A DNA stretch of 62,604 nucleotides, filler included, from Nemertoderma westbladi (lineage: Eukaryota > Animalia > Xenacoelomorpha), in the NCBI GenBank assembly GCA_032718475.1. It is 3 parts of 3 records of this genome, joined end to end, with 100 filler letters (N's around TTAATTAATTAA, not from the genome) between each part and the next. Parts side by side here need not be neighbours in the genome. Positions count along the whole stretch, not along the records: positions 1 to 29,798 come from JAUCBJ010001445.1; positions 29,899 to 47,941 come from JAUCBJ010003407.1; 1 more part is not named here. One strand, 5' to 3'. The position numbers and the translations under genes are program-made. A model generated the notes under the pieces. It was given only the letters and a program-made list of their open reading frames with translations, made no database searches and was not told the origin of the DNA. How positions within the stretch are numbered: the stretch's first letter is position 1; every line of letters begins with the position of its first letter. Shown here piece after piece: positions 25,677 to 38,399 of the stretch.

Positions 25677-26628
25677 TTGGACCAATTGAATGGATAAGAT
25701 GTAACGTTGCACGAAGTGGTAACATAAAGGTTGTGCGAATAAAACGCAACACGAGTTTCGTTTCAGGGTCATGAACTGATATGCGAGAGGTGCATTTTGC
25801 CCACATTCACATTGAATATTATTACTACGTGGCATGAACTTCAATGAGATATTGTATGAGGTACAGTATGTTTATTACTAAACCAGACTTAATTATAAAT
25901 ATTTTCATTATAATTACAGTACATCATTGTAATTAAACTAATCCACTTAATACTACGGTATTTTTTATTTTTCTTGCATATATTATGCCTGGTATTATTG
26001 TACCATATAATATTATATCTGCATGGCTTACTCGATGACTAACACTAGCCAGCTTAATTATTGTACTGATTACTTTGGAATAATGTCAACCTGAACTTTT
26101 TCATGTTAGCAATATTCCATTCTCATTGCAGCATTGACTGTGTGTTAAACAGGATTAACGTGATTGGTTGCTGCTTAGTAGCAGTCCCTAGCAGGTTTCT
26201 CCAACCACATAACTTGTTTTATACAAAATGGAATAATGTTAACTGGAAAAGCCACGATCTAAGCACCCTTGGACTGTAGGAACCCTATAACTTTATCAGT
26301 TTATACGGTAGGCCTACCTTTTTATAGGATAGCAATTATTTTTGACTTTTTGGGTACCTAAGTTTTTTGAGTAATATTGTGTTTTATTGTGAATTTTTGT
26401 GTTTTTTGAGTAAATTTTTGTGTTTTTTTTTTGTATTTTTTGTGTGTATTTTTGGGTAATTTTGTGTTCTTTTGGGTAATTCGTAGGACCGTCCAATAAC
26501 TATTAATTTAGCCTATGAATGTGTGAACACTTGCACTGAATTACCGTAATCCATAGGTCTATTTCTCTCTATATTTATCACACAGATACAGAGATATCTT
26601 TATCGTACAACTACAACAGCACAAGAGG

Positions 26629-28003
26629 ATGCCGTCACCTTCAGATACGGTTAAAGCGAAACTACACAAACCTTCGAGTTCCGCCGCCAATCCCACAACC
26701 ATGGAGACCGGCGATTTCTTTATTATGAACAAACATTCAATACCGGTAACAAACTTTAAAATCGAACTTGGCGATGTTCTGGAAATTTACAGCGCCGATG
26801 AAACACTGTCAGGTAGCACCGCACATTTTCTTCTCCAAGTCGACAAATTCAGTCTCAACCACGACCAAAAGAATCAAGGCCAACAACAAGGAGTCAAGGC
26901 TGATTTTGGAATTTGTATAAATGAAAACATATTAAATTTATTTATACCGCGTTCGAAAAAAGATATCAAAGAAGTATTTATTAAAAAGGCAAATAAAAAT
27001 GATGCTGTGTTAGATTTAGTTGAGGTTCTTATTAAAGATCAATATCTTAGTAGGTCTGATATGTGGCGTCTTAAGAATAATTTGAAGAATCAGTGTATTC
27101 ATATAACCCAACGCATTAAGTTTACTGAAATACATGCGACTATAAATGAGATGTGGTGTCGTGGGGAACGCGTTATATGCGGGAACGTTTCAGAAGAGAC
27201 ACGATTCGTGTATAGGTCGGCGTCAGTGCAGCTCTACATTTATATACAGATGTCCCAGGAGATGTGGGAGTTTAACACTACCGGTGACCTATTCTTCGAG
27301 AGGGCCACAAGCGGCTTCCTTTGGGACCTCTTCAATATGTGGAACCAAGAGAAGGTTAATCATGAAGTCACCATAGTGATGTTCTCTAGATTCTACCATC
27401 GAGGTCGTCTGAGTGAAGAACAAAAAGAAAAGTTTCAGAAAGATCGATTCGGGGAATTGTACGAAGATGTTTACCACGTTGTAGTCCAGAACGAACGCCG
27501 AGATGATTGGTTACCGATACTTATAGAACTGAGAAAGGTCTTTAATAATTATACAAACAGCCGTTTGTCGCAACTCGGTGACAATTCAACGGCTTCTTCT
27601 GGGAATCTACTCGAGGCTATCAATCTTAGCCTCAACGTGTTCGACCAACATCACATCGATAGAAACTTCGAACGAACCGGCCAGGTTGTCGTTATTATAT
27701 CTCCTGGCGAGGGAGTTTATTCTGTGGATCGCGATCTAGCCATACTAACTAAATCTCGGATTATTGACTACGGTATCGCTATAGACTTAGTCTGCTTGTC
27801 CGAACAGCCACTCCATGCGGTTCCTTTGTTTATGTACAAAGGCGAAGGCGAGAATAACTACAACATTCCACATTGGATCAACCCAAGTTACTACGTGTCA
27901 GTGCAGCAGAGCATAGAGAGACAGAAGTTCAATGTATTTTGGCCCAACTTTCCTACAAACATGAACGAATATGCTGATAGTCCTAATACTGGATTAATGA
28001 AAG
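26629..28003 (+). CDS. DEPDC5: GATOR1 subunit DEPDC5/Iml1, N-terminal and SABA region (first exon)
   Basis: KDQYLSRSDMWRL, FVYRSAS, IQMSQEMWEF, HEVTIVMFSR, GNLLEAINLSLNVF, DLVCLSEQPLHAVPLF and YNIPHWIN. Probable donor AAG|GTTGGT just before the ORF stop at 28011. Confidence 0.93.
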
Positions 28004-28139
28004 GTTGGTAGCAACATAATGCATTATGGGGTTGATTTTAATAATTTTTATCAAGTGAAGTATCCATTGTGCTCTGTAAAGTACTAAAGTGACTTTATGG
28101 ATAACTATCTGGATGTCTCACTTTAATAACATGGTTTGG

Positions 28140-29305
28140 TTAAGGGGGATGTTTACCCCTTGTCTTTTTTTGATCTTTGTGATTTTTTCATCAGATTTTT
28201 TTTAATGTGTTTTCCGATGTAAAATTTTATGGTGATTCCGAATCTGAAATATAATTTTTCGATAAGGTGTTTAGTTCTCGGGTTATGGCTACTTTTGTAC
28301 ATTTTCATCCAAAATTTGAAAACTTTTAATTTTGGTGCAGCACCACATTTGACACCAAAAAAAACCATCAAACACCCAGAAATGTCGAAATATTTTGCCA
28401 TTTTCGGAATCAGCGCCGAAAATTAGCCTATAGGTATCAAAACCGCAAAAGAAGATCATTTTTTAAAAATTTTAAAAAAATTCAACTTTTGGTGCATGTT
28501 TGGTCAGTTGTAATCAGGAGGAAATTTAAAACACGTTATTCTCGGTTTATCTTTTTTTTTACATAATTCCCTACCAGTTTTGTAATTTTTTATCGATTTT
28601 AATTCTGTTTGCGTTTTTTCGAAGCTCCTGGTGTCGCCAACAAACGATACTAATAGATTTTTTTTTTAATTATATCCAAAGTTACAGCATTTAAAATATC
28701 TAATTAATTATGCTAAAAATTGTAGTATTTTCTAAATTCGGGAATTTTTGCATATTTTGATATTTTAAATACTGTAACTTTTGATATAATTAAAAAAAAA
28801 AATCTGTTAAGTATCGTATGTTGACGACACCAGGAGCTTCGAAAAAATGCAAACAGAATTAAAATCGGTTAAAAATTACAGAACTAGTAGGAAAAAAATG
28901 ATGAACCAAGAATAACGTGTTTTAAATTTCCTCCTAATTAATTACAACTGACCAAACATGCACCAAAAGTTGAATTTTTTTTAAATTTTTCAAAAATGAT
29001 CTTCTTTTGCGGTTTTGATATATCTATAGGCTAATTTTCGGCGCTGATTCCGAAAATGCCAAAATATTTCGACATTTCTAGGTGTTTGGTGGTCTTTTTT
29101 GATGTCAAATGTGGTGCTGCACCAAAATTAAAAGTTTTCAAATTTAGGATGAAAATTACAAAAGTTGCCAAAACTCGAGAACTAAAAAACAACTTATCGA
29201 AAAATTATATTTCAGATTCGGAATCACCATAAAATTTTACATCGGAAAACACATTAAAAAAATTTCATGAAAAAAAGACAGGAGGTAACCCCCCCCCCCC
29301 TTTAA
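28140..29305. mobile_element. 1.16-kb near-perfect foldback element flanked by TTAA (Kolobok-like)
   Basis: The whole left half is the reverse complement of the right half, with TTAA-GGGGG and CCCCC-TTTAA ends. Confidence 0.88.
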
Positions 29306-29369
29306 CATAATATAGTCAGTAGCGGATGTAGCGCTGATAGCGATAACAGCTGATTTCTCCCAAAAATAC

Positions 29370-29470
29370 AACTGTAACCTGTTCTATTGTCTTTAGTTTA
29401 TTGTTTTGGTGAGAATAACGTGCCACTGTGACCTGCTCCTTTCCCTTAATTGATAATTTAACATTGATAC
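29370..29470. repeat. Dispersed ~100-bp repeat family (other copies near 19330-19410 and 24645-24715 inverted, 36480-36585 direct)
   Basis: Shared core ACTGTAACCTGTTCTATTG...GTTTATTGTTTTGGT...CCACTG..ACCTGCT..TTTCCCTTAATTGATAA. Confidence 0.6.
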
Positions 29471-29798
29471 GATTAGCCGAGATTTACATCCCCAAGACCC
29501 ACCCGCTTGACCACCCACCCACCATACTAGGTTCGTTTTCTAAACGTAAATTAAATATAATACAATATTAAAATTAATTATAGATTAATTTTATTATTTA
29601 ACTTGTTTAATTTATTAGTTTTTTATTTAATTTTATTTGATTAATTTATTAGTTTTTTATTTAATTTAATTTGTTTAATTTATTAGTTTTTATTATTTCA
29701 ATTTATTTATATTTTATTTTATTATTTAATTTGTTTAATTTATTAGTTTTTTATTATTTTATTTTATTTGTGTAATTTATTATTTTTTTATTATTTTT

Positions 29799-29898
29799 NN
29801 NNNNNNNNNNNNNNNNNNNNNNNNNNNNNNNNNNNNNNNNNNTTAATTAATTAANNNNNNNNNNNNNNNNNNNNNNNNNNNNNNNNNNNNNNNNNNNN
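29799..29898. other. Assembly gap with artificial TTAATTAATTAA spacer
   Basis: N44-TTAATTAATTAA-N44, which gives stops in all six frames. Confidence 0.95.
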
Positions 29899-29899
29899 C

Positions 29900-30381
29900 A
29901 TTAGTTTAGAAGGTAATTTATCCTTCGAATAGTAGCATAAATTATCATTCTAAACGCAGGATAAAAACTATAAATTCATCCACCCTTCGAAAAGTCTACA
30001 AATTTAGCCTTCATTTAGAAGGATAATTTATCCTTCGAATAGCAGCATAAATTATCCTTCTAAACGAAGGATAAAAATTATCAATTCATCCACCCTTCGA
30101 AAAGTCTACAAATTTATCCTTCGTTTAGAAGGATAATTTATCCGGCGAATAGTAGGCATATTTATCCTTCTATTTGCCGGCTAAAAACTAGCTAAATCTG
30201 CAGAATCTTCGAATAGTCTTCGAATTTATCCTTCGTTTAGAAGGATAATTTATCCTACGAATTGTAGACTGAATTATCAGACAATTTAGACGGCGAAAAT
30301 GCTGATAATTTCGAAGAAAATTTATTTCGATCAAATTAGCAGCATATTAGTAGCAATTTCGAAGGATGTGACTTTGCTGGG
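29900..30381. mobile_element. End of an EnSpm/CACTA-like non-autonomous element
   Basis: Subterminal GAAGGATAATTTATCCTTC repeats end in TTTGCTGGG (CCCAGCAAA terminus). Confidence 0.55.
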
Positions 30382-33300
30382 AAGCCTTGTGTAGAATTGC
30401 ATTACATAAGCCATTTTTCATCAGGACACCAGCTGTCATGGGTGATATTTTACCATTGCGCCTATGGCGTTTTTTTCGTTTATCTCTATTTTTCGAGCCC
30501 AGAGGCTATGGACGGAGTAGCCGATCATGCCAGGGACCTTAGAATCGCGGTATCTAGATGCTGTGAAAATTTCATCAAAATCGTTAGAGTAGTTTTGGCT
30601 GTAGATCAGCCAGCCAGCCAGTCAGTCAGTCAGCCAGCCAGTCAGTCAACAATTCTTACAGTAATCAAGTCTAACGACTTGCTAATTAATGACAGACAAC
30701 CAGAGTTATTTTTGAGCTTCAGTTTTCTTCCTGTTATTAATTCCAGTCAATTTGGCCTTCGCTGCGTCATTGATCCGTTGCGTTGGTTCCGGTAGTCTGA
30801 ACACTAAAATCAGGCGTAAAGTGAAGATGTGATTGACCGGCTTCGGTTTGTTCAGGAAATGAATATACTTATTAATTACACCATTTGCCATTGAACTGTT
30901 CTACAACTTATGTATTACACTTCTTGAGTTCTGGTACGAAACAGGTTCGATGCAATATTTCGACTGGCGACTTGCTGTTTGCTTGATGAAACTTATCGAA
31001 CAAACACAGCCTTTCAGTAGATTTCGAAATTGGGTGAACAATTAATAGTTCTATCTATCTAAGTCTGTAAAGTTAATTTCCCATATTAATATTTCCCATA
31101 TTATACATCCAGATATCGATCCCACGCTTTGTAAATTTAGGTAAGGTTTGTTTACTTTAAGCGTTCCGTTCCGTTGCAAGTGACACATTTTCTTCACTTT
31201 CTTCTACAATTCGACCTAAATGTGGCGCAACAATGCTTGCAATGCACTAACCGGACCAAAGTAGCAAGTTTTAGTTTACCAAGTCAGCAAGTTGAAGTTG
31301 AGACTATGATATAATTATAAACGAGTTGACATGCAGAACAAACAAAATTCCGATATTTAGATGCTCTGAATCGGAATAATTTACTTACAGTATACAGTAT
31401 ATTGTGACCAGAGAGTTGACAAAATGATATGGCGTAATTGTCAGATTGTGTACTTACAGTATGTAGTTGACTTTACATTGCTTTATACTTATATGCAAGC
31501 GTGAAAGAGGGATTTACCTATATTTAATATCTTACCTATTTTTAATCCGACACATTTACCTAATTTTAATATGGATTTCACCTCTACAACAAGAAACAGG
31601 TGGGATTGGAAGATGCAAACCAAGAATGACTTGAAAATACCAAAAATCTGACTCCCATTTAATGTAATACACATTCGCCTAGGCAAACAAATAATAATTG
31701 CAATTACTACCGCGATGAAGTGTAAAATGATTAGGAAGTTCGGCACCAGGGGTATAAATTGCTTACCTTGTAAAGTTAGAAATGAAACTCGATTAACGAA
31801 ATGTTATCCATATCCGCAACCTGAGAAACGGCCCAAAAGAGCAGTTTATTCTGCGGAGGGGTCTTTCTGTATTAGATAAATAAAATAAAGAACACTAATT
31901 ACAGTAGGGTATTTATACCTACATGTACAGTAATACATTCTCAGTTAGCCTAATAAAACATCGGAGCAACCAATATAATGTACATGTACAGTACAAGCCT
32001 CCTTGAAAGTTTGTGATGAAATGTTCCATTAGGTCTACCCAACAGCCGTTGGTACCCAGCTGCCACCCTGGTTCAGTTTTCTGGTTTTTTTTAGTTTAAT
32101 CGACAGCTGTTGTAAACGTCCCAGATATACAAAACCTACTATAGTATTAGTACAGTATTATAACGATGACAATAGGCCCTATCACCTTTGGGGTGGAAGG
32201 GTTTACTGTGGAAGATCACCCATGGTGGTGAACATGCATTCCTTGGCCTAAAAGATTCTCCCATTCATAACTATATAATATTTATATAAAACCTACAAAC
32301 TCTAAACTTAACTTAATACAGATAAAACTAATTATTGTGAAAGTACAGTAGAGTAAGAGTGCAGTATTTTTATCCAATTGACTAATAATAAAATATACAG
32401 TACAGTATAATCTGTTCATTTATCTGAGTGCTGGTGGCTGGACGGTATTAAACCATTATTTCAGCCTCCAGGATAGCATACAGTACAACAGTAGTAGTGG
32501 GTAATAACCACAGTTGGATGGACAATTACACTATACTGTATATTTTATTGCATTCTGTTCTGAGTACTACTGTAGAGTAGGCAGCCTGCAGTTATGTAAA
32601 TAGAGAAGTGCAGCAGTATAATAATTGTTGGACAGAATTGTATTATCGATTAGGGTATTAAACGCCTAAAGCAATTGGGTTAAGGTTCTTTATAACATAC
32701 CGTATTAATTTATATTTAGGCCTAAATAAAATATTATTATCTATTAATATTTTTACGTTTTTTTCCATATCAATTTTGAGACTTATTGAAACTCGAAATT
32801 AAATAAGGCTGTATTACGAATGTTTTTTTTTACAATTAAAAAGTATTACTTTCCTCCAACACAATGTACTGTCTGTATTTTACTCAATAAATTTTGTTAA
32901 AATTTATTAAGCATTTGAAACGTTTGAAACGAAGCCCCCCTATAGTTTGAACGGTATGGTTGTTTATGCAAATAGCAGAAGTTTAGGTATTAACTATGAC
33001 ATCTTATTTGGCCACAATGCCAAATAAATTTTAAATTTACTTTTATTTTTATTTTACTTAAATACATTTAGTACCGTATTAATTGCGGGCATAAATAGGT
33101 AGGCTAGTACAGTAGGTCCACAGTCAAAGTTTTCCATTTTATAAACTGTAGTTTCATATATTTTGAAGGGGTTTTGTCGAAGACAACAAAATGTTTACAA
33201 CACAGTTAATGCTTTCTTGAAAGTACATTGGATTTACTTGACCCAGTGCTGTACCTGTCCCGGATCAGGAGCCTGTGTATTTCTCGATAACTATAAACCT

Positions 33301-33653
33301 GGGTACTGTATGGTTTATATTCTGTATTAGCACCTGATACCACAGCATATAGAAGCTATCGGATATAATCTATAGATTATTTCTAATTAATAAATAGTTA
33401 TTTCTGGCTATTAATATTTTCTGGGTGAAATTAACAAAACGTTCCTCGGCCTTCGTCCACTTATGTGCTAGTTAAATAGCTAGCTATTTAAATAGTTAGC
33501 TAGTTAGTTAAATAGCTAGTTAAATAGCTAGCTATTAAAAATTCGGACATAAAAAAGATACTTTCTTTTTGTCTAATAAATAATGATACACTTCAAATTA
33601 ACACGTCAATCGTATTAATTAATTGTAGCTTCGTATCTCGGCCAAAGAAGGAA

Positions 33654-34064
33654 ATGCAGTATATCATCATGGGTGGATTATGTAAAAAAGTATTTCGAAA
33701 GAAATATTTTCTTCTGCTAGCGGGGATAATTTCCATTCAAATTGCTTCATTAATTTTTAAACAGCCCAGAAACTCAGAGGAATTTATCAACATTTCGGAA
33801 CCTGCCAATTATTATTTATTCCCCTTTCCTGTTCCCTACCGTCTCGGCTTTCTAATAGAGAATCCGAATGCTTGTAGTCATGTCGACGATAAACTGTTGG
33901 CAGTTGTACTTGTTAAATCGAAACCGGTCGATTTCGATAATAGAAACGTAATCCGGGAGACATGGGGCAATCCGAGGTTCGAGAAAAGTCTCAGGATTAG
34001 GACGCTATTTGTGTTGGGGAGTGGCGATAAAGAGTCACAGCCACGAATAGTAAAAGAATCTCAG
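33654..34064 (+). CDS. GT31 beta-1,3-galactosyltransferase-like, exon 1
   Basis: Type II TM segment, LLAVVLVKS, RNVIRETWG, RTLFVLG, and donor CAG|GTAATA. Confidence 0.88.
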
Positions 34065-34464
34065 GTAATAATCATGTTTGTTTATTGTATACAATAGACG
34101 GCGATAGACGTCAGCCTGTATGGAAACTACTGTAACTAAATTTTTGAATAGATAAAAATAGTTCTACAGGTACAAAGTTTTAGTTTAAGAAAATTGAGAA
34201 TTCTTGAGAAATAAACAAAAGATGGGACCAACCGACAGTCAGACATACACGAGGTTGAGATAATGGCAACCGTATGCTAAGATCGCGTACTTTCGTGGAT
34301 CACCTCACAATTAACTACAATCTAACTAATACCTACAGTACAGTACAATACCAATATTATGAGCATAGGAAATTCTGGACTATCATTCCCACGATTTAAT
34401 TGTAGATCTAATAATAATAAATTTACAGGAGACCTAAATGAAATCTGTATTAATTTCAATCCAG

Positions 34465-34680
34465 GAATTCGGGGACATTATCCAAGGAAACTTTATAGAC
34501 AGTTTCCACAATCTAACGATGAAGCTAATAATGTCATGGAGTTGGGTACTTCTTCATTGTCCGAAGACGGCTTACGTGGTTTCAGGAGACCAAGACATGT
34601 TCGTCAACACGTATCTCCTTGGAAACTATCTGAGTAGTTACCATAGCCCTACTTATGGGTTCTATGGAGGGCGCGCCAAG
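34465..34680 (+). CDS. GT31 glycosyltransferase, exon 2
   Basis: CCAG|EFGDIIQGNFIDSFHNLTMK...CPKTAYVVSGDQDMFVN, then donor AAG|GTAACG. Confidence 0.9.
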
Positions 34681-34969
34681 GTAACGTAAGCGTCTGAGCA
34701 TACGTGTACCTCCGTTGTCTGTATGTCGGTCTGTATGTGAGCTTATGTTTGAATGTTAATAACACGGTAAATCTTTAATGAAATGAAACCAAACTTTGTA
34801 AAAGTTCGTTGATTATTATTAACTTTAACTTATTCCTTAGTTAATCATTATCGATGGTTGTCAGTCTTCCATTAACTTTAAATTAATGCGCCGGGTTCAT
34901 TGTGTCAAGTATAATGAACACATATAATGTACAATCAGACTCTACAACATTGGAGGTGTTTAATTATTC

Positions 34970-35270
34970 TCCCCTAGATTAACACTTGAACGGAACCGCC
35001 TCCGCTTTACAAGACATTGTTATAGCCCTGAGGACCAGCCAGTGCATAATCTTGTGTTTTGGCAGCCTCATGGAGCGAATAAGCATGGTGGACAGCCCAT
35101 GACTTTCTTGAGACGCATCTTAAAGGACACTGGCCTTGAAGATGCGGATGATTTAGCACATGTCATCGGTGATTGGTAGTTGTGGCGGCGCAATTTTGTC
35201 GACTAACCGGCACAGCATTCTTAAAATATATGTAATATATATAATGCAGCTGTAATGCAGTATGCCGATA
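34970..35270 (+). mobile_element. 3' fragment of the same RTE-like LINE in an intron
   Basis: Reverse complement of about 61575-61850 (CCAGTGCATAATCTTG...CGGCACAGCATTCTTAA...TGCAGCTG). Confidence 0.8.
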
Positions 35271-35444
35271 GTGATTGAATCATAAAGGAATGTTAAAATT
35301 TTGTAAAAAAAATATGAAATGCCATGACCTACTATACATAGATATACTACACCAGGTCATAGAAATTCCAAAACGATTTACTAGTGCTACTCTCTTTAAA
35401 CATTCATTCAACATTTACATTATCTTTTATTTTGGATTATTTAG

Positions 35445-35855
35445 CTAGACGACCATCCCATTCGGAATAATCGCTCCAAATACTACATACCCCGGAGTGA
35501 GTACCTCCCCGACGATTACCCCCCTTACTGTAACGGAGCCTTCTACATCCTCTCCATCGACGTGCTTCACCGACTCGCTCTCCACGTCGACGATGTCCCT
35601 CTTGTCCGCACCGACGACGCTTATGTCGGCATTGTCGGATCCACGTTCGGTCTGCAACCGGTTCACATCGAACAAGTTCGAGTTATAGAAAGCAACTCCG
35701 TCGCTCCATGCCATATGGCATGTTCTATCGCCCAGAACTATATAACGTCGCCGGAAGCAATGCGATTTTTTTGGGATAACTTAGAATCAATTTACTACGA
35801 AGGCCGTTTAACTCTCACCATTACGGCCCGTTGCCATGGCAGATGCTTTACATAA
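35445..35855 (+). CDS. GT31 glycosyltransferase, exon 3
   Basis: TTAG|LDDHPIRNNRSKYYIP...YPPYCNGAFYILS...DDAYVGI. Stop at 35855. Confidence 0.88.
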   Translation, partial: LDDHPIRNNRSKYYIPRSEYLPDDYPPYCNGAFYILSIDVLHRLALHVDDVPLVRTDDAYVGIVGSTFGLQPVHIEQVRVIESNSVAPCHMACSIAQNYITSPEAMRFFWDNLESIYYEGRLTLTITARCHGRCFT

Positions 35856-37380
35856 CCGGAAACACAATCAGTTTCTATTCATTAATTAGTGGATTGATTG
35901 ATTTCTAATTATTTTCTCTATTTATTAATTGTCTATACAGTATTAAGCAATATTTGTCTATTCAAGTAATTATTATTTATTATATATTATAATTATTTAA
36001 TTAATTAATTTGTCTATCTTAATATCGGAAATTAGTTCATTCATTAATTTCCCAAGTCGATGTACGCTGCTAAACGATAAGCTGGTACAGGCAAACGTTT
36101 ATAGCATTAAGTCTAAGATTAGGTCAGAGGTCACGGCGTGGTAGTCAGCTATACTGTAGTTTGCGGTGAAAGCAAGAGGCTAACCGTTTACAGCACAAAT
36201 AACAGTAATACATATTCAAAAACGTTTTTATTGTTATTAAATTTTAATATCCACGCTTTTCACCCTATCCAAATTTGTATTTCGTATTTACTGTATGTAT
36301 TTTTAGTAGAATGATTCCCTGATTCCCATTACATGTGATTCGATTTCTCTCGACCACAAATTACAGTATTACATCAAATTAATAAGTCAGATATTTATTA
36401 GCAGATAAAGGGAGGGAGGTGTCTTGACGAACTCAAAACGGAACTCTCTCTAGGGAAAAATCGACGCAAATTGCAAAACGAAACTGTAACTTGTTCTATT
36501 GAGTTTTGTTTATTGTTTTGGTTATATAATACCGTCCCACTGCAACCTGCTTATTTCCCTTAATTGATAAATTAACGTTGAGACGAGATATATATTAATC
36601 CCCTGATATATCCCTGTATTGTACTAATGCATGTACTAAATATATGATGTACATTTCTCATGTTTATAAAACAATATAATATGTCACTCTTCTGCCGTCA
36701 GGGTACCTACCGTTAACCATTACGGCAACATACCCGATACAAAACCCTATCATTCATCGCCCCAGGTTGGCGTGTATCAAATAATTCCTTAGCAAGACAT
36801 TTTGCTCAATTAGGCGTGAAACTGGTTTAGATATACAGCGAGCTGCGGTTGCCTACCAAACAAACAATTTCCCCCCACCCAAATCCGTGCCAAATTCATT
36901 GATTGAGGGGCCTAAACACTTAATATCCCAATAACCTAATGGATTGCCACCTCAAACATTATACCTACTCTGTATTTAATCGTCATTACTAATACTAATG
37001 ATATATAATAATATAAATTGATTTGTAATAATTTACTTTATTCAAGGCCCGTCTCGTTTGATTCAACTTGTTTCAGCAATGTTGTGCAGTCAGTACCACA
37101 ACACACTAGCAACTATGCTGCTGAAATTAGTTGATCAACATTTTTATAAACATTTATAGCTAAATTACCACAATATCTAATTTGGCTATAAACATTTATT
37201 AAGGTGAGAATATATATTATTATTAAGGAGAATTCGTATCAATATATTATTATTATTACATTATGGAAACTAGCAAACATTTTAACTCAATATTTTAGAA
37301 AGAAATTTAATATTCAATTTCTTTTTGACGAACGTAAGTTGCCCTGCCCTGTTTTATTGAACGACATTGAATTCCAATCA

Positions 37381-37521
37381 ATGGCAATGTCTGGTGACCC
37401 ACGAAGACACCACCGTCACCATGGTAACAAACTCGCCTGTCCGGAATGTGGGATGGTGTTTCGCCATTGGGACCAACTCAAGTATCACCGATCTCGGTTC
37501 TGTATTGGGGACACGAATGAG
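37381..37521 (+). CDS. CCDC17: CCDC17-like protein, exon 1 (N-terminal C2HC finger)
   Basis: CPECGMVFRHWDQLKYHRSRFCIG resembles the CxxCxMxFR...H..RFCIG N-terminus of CCDC17. Donor GAG|GTGAGT. Confidence 0.65.
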
Positions 37522-38399
37522 GTGAGTATTGGGAGACAGATATGAAGGTGGTATAAGAAATAGCACGATAATGTTTGTTCTGTATAACCAGCTGAATGGG
37601 AAGGCCTAACATACTGTTTTGGTTGTCTGGGGTTTGGTGTTACAAAATAGTTTACGAAATAACGTAATCAGTAAAAAATATCTCAATGAATGGAAACTGA
37701 TTAAATTACGATGATTACGCTGTATTATGCCTAAATAAACAAAATTTATTTTTCTGATATAATTAAACAGGTAATTAACCCCAGAATTACTGTATAGGGG
37801 GGGGGGGGGGGGGGGGGGGCTACTTGGGACCTGGCTGTACTTTCACTTGTTTGTGGATTTTGCTTGCCGTTGTCAACTTACTGTACTGCCGTGCTAAGGC
37901 TAAATACCCTATCTCGAAAAATGTCATTTTGAGAAAATAGCGATTTAGTTTGATTGATTGCCCACGCTAGGAACAATGTTAATATAACTCCGTAATGGTC
38001 CCCTACTGTATATAGTAAAAAATGCGCATAATTTTTATTGCATGTGCCGATAAGTGCCTTGGACACTAGATGGCGCAGAAAATCGAGATAGGGTGTTTTA
38101 CCAAAACATTTAGGTAATTATTCAGTTAGGGATTTACCCTATCTCGTATATAGGGTACTTTTTTTAATATAGGGTATTCTGACATTTTCTGTAGTTGTAA
38201 TTATTTTTACATTAAAAATATTTTAATATGTTAATTTTGTATATTTAGTCCATTTGTATATTACAAAATATACAAAAACAAGTACAAGGTACCCAATTTA
38301 TAACATTCACAAATTCAATAGTCAAATATTCAATAAAATCCAATTCAAATTAATAGTTTAAAATCAATTTATGTATCTTCATTTGGACGCCGGACTATC

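Larger units (their letters stand above)
22794..26268. mobile_element. Pair of ~190-bp inverted repeats enclosing 3.1 kb (old TIR element or two inverted MITE copies)
   Basis: 22794-22982 (TAGATCGTGGCTTTTCCAGTTAACATTATTCCATTTTG) is the reverse complement of 26077-26268. Confidence 0.65.

Noticed and set aside
29843-29854. TTAATTAATTAA inside N runs (also 47986-47997)
   Set aside because: This is an artificial scaffold linker and not biological. Adjacency across it is uncertain.
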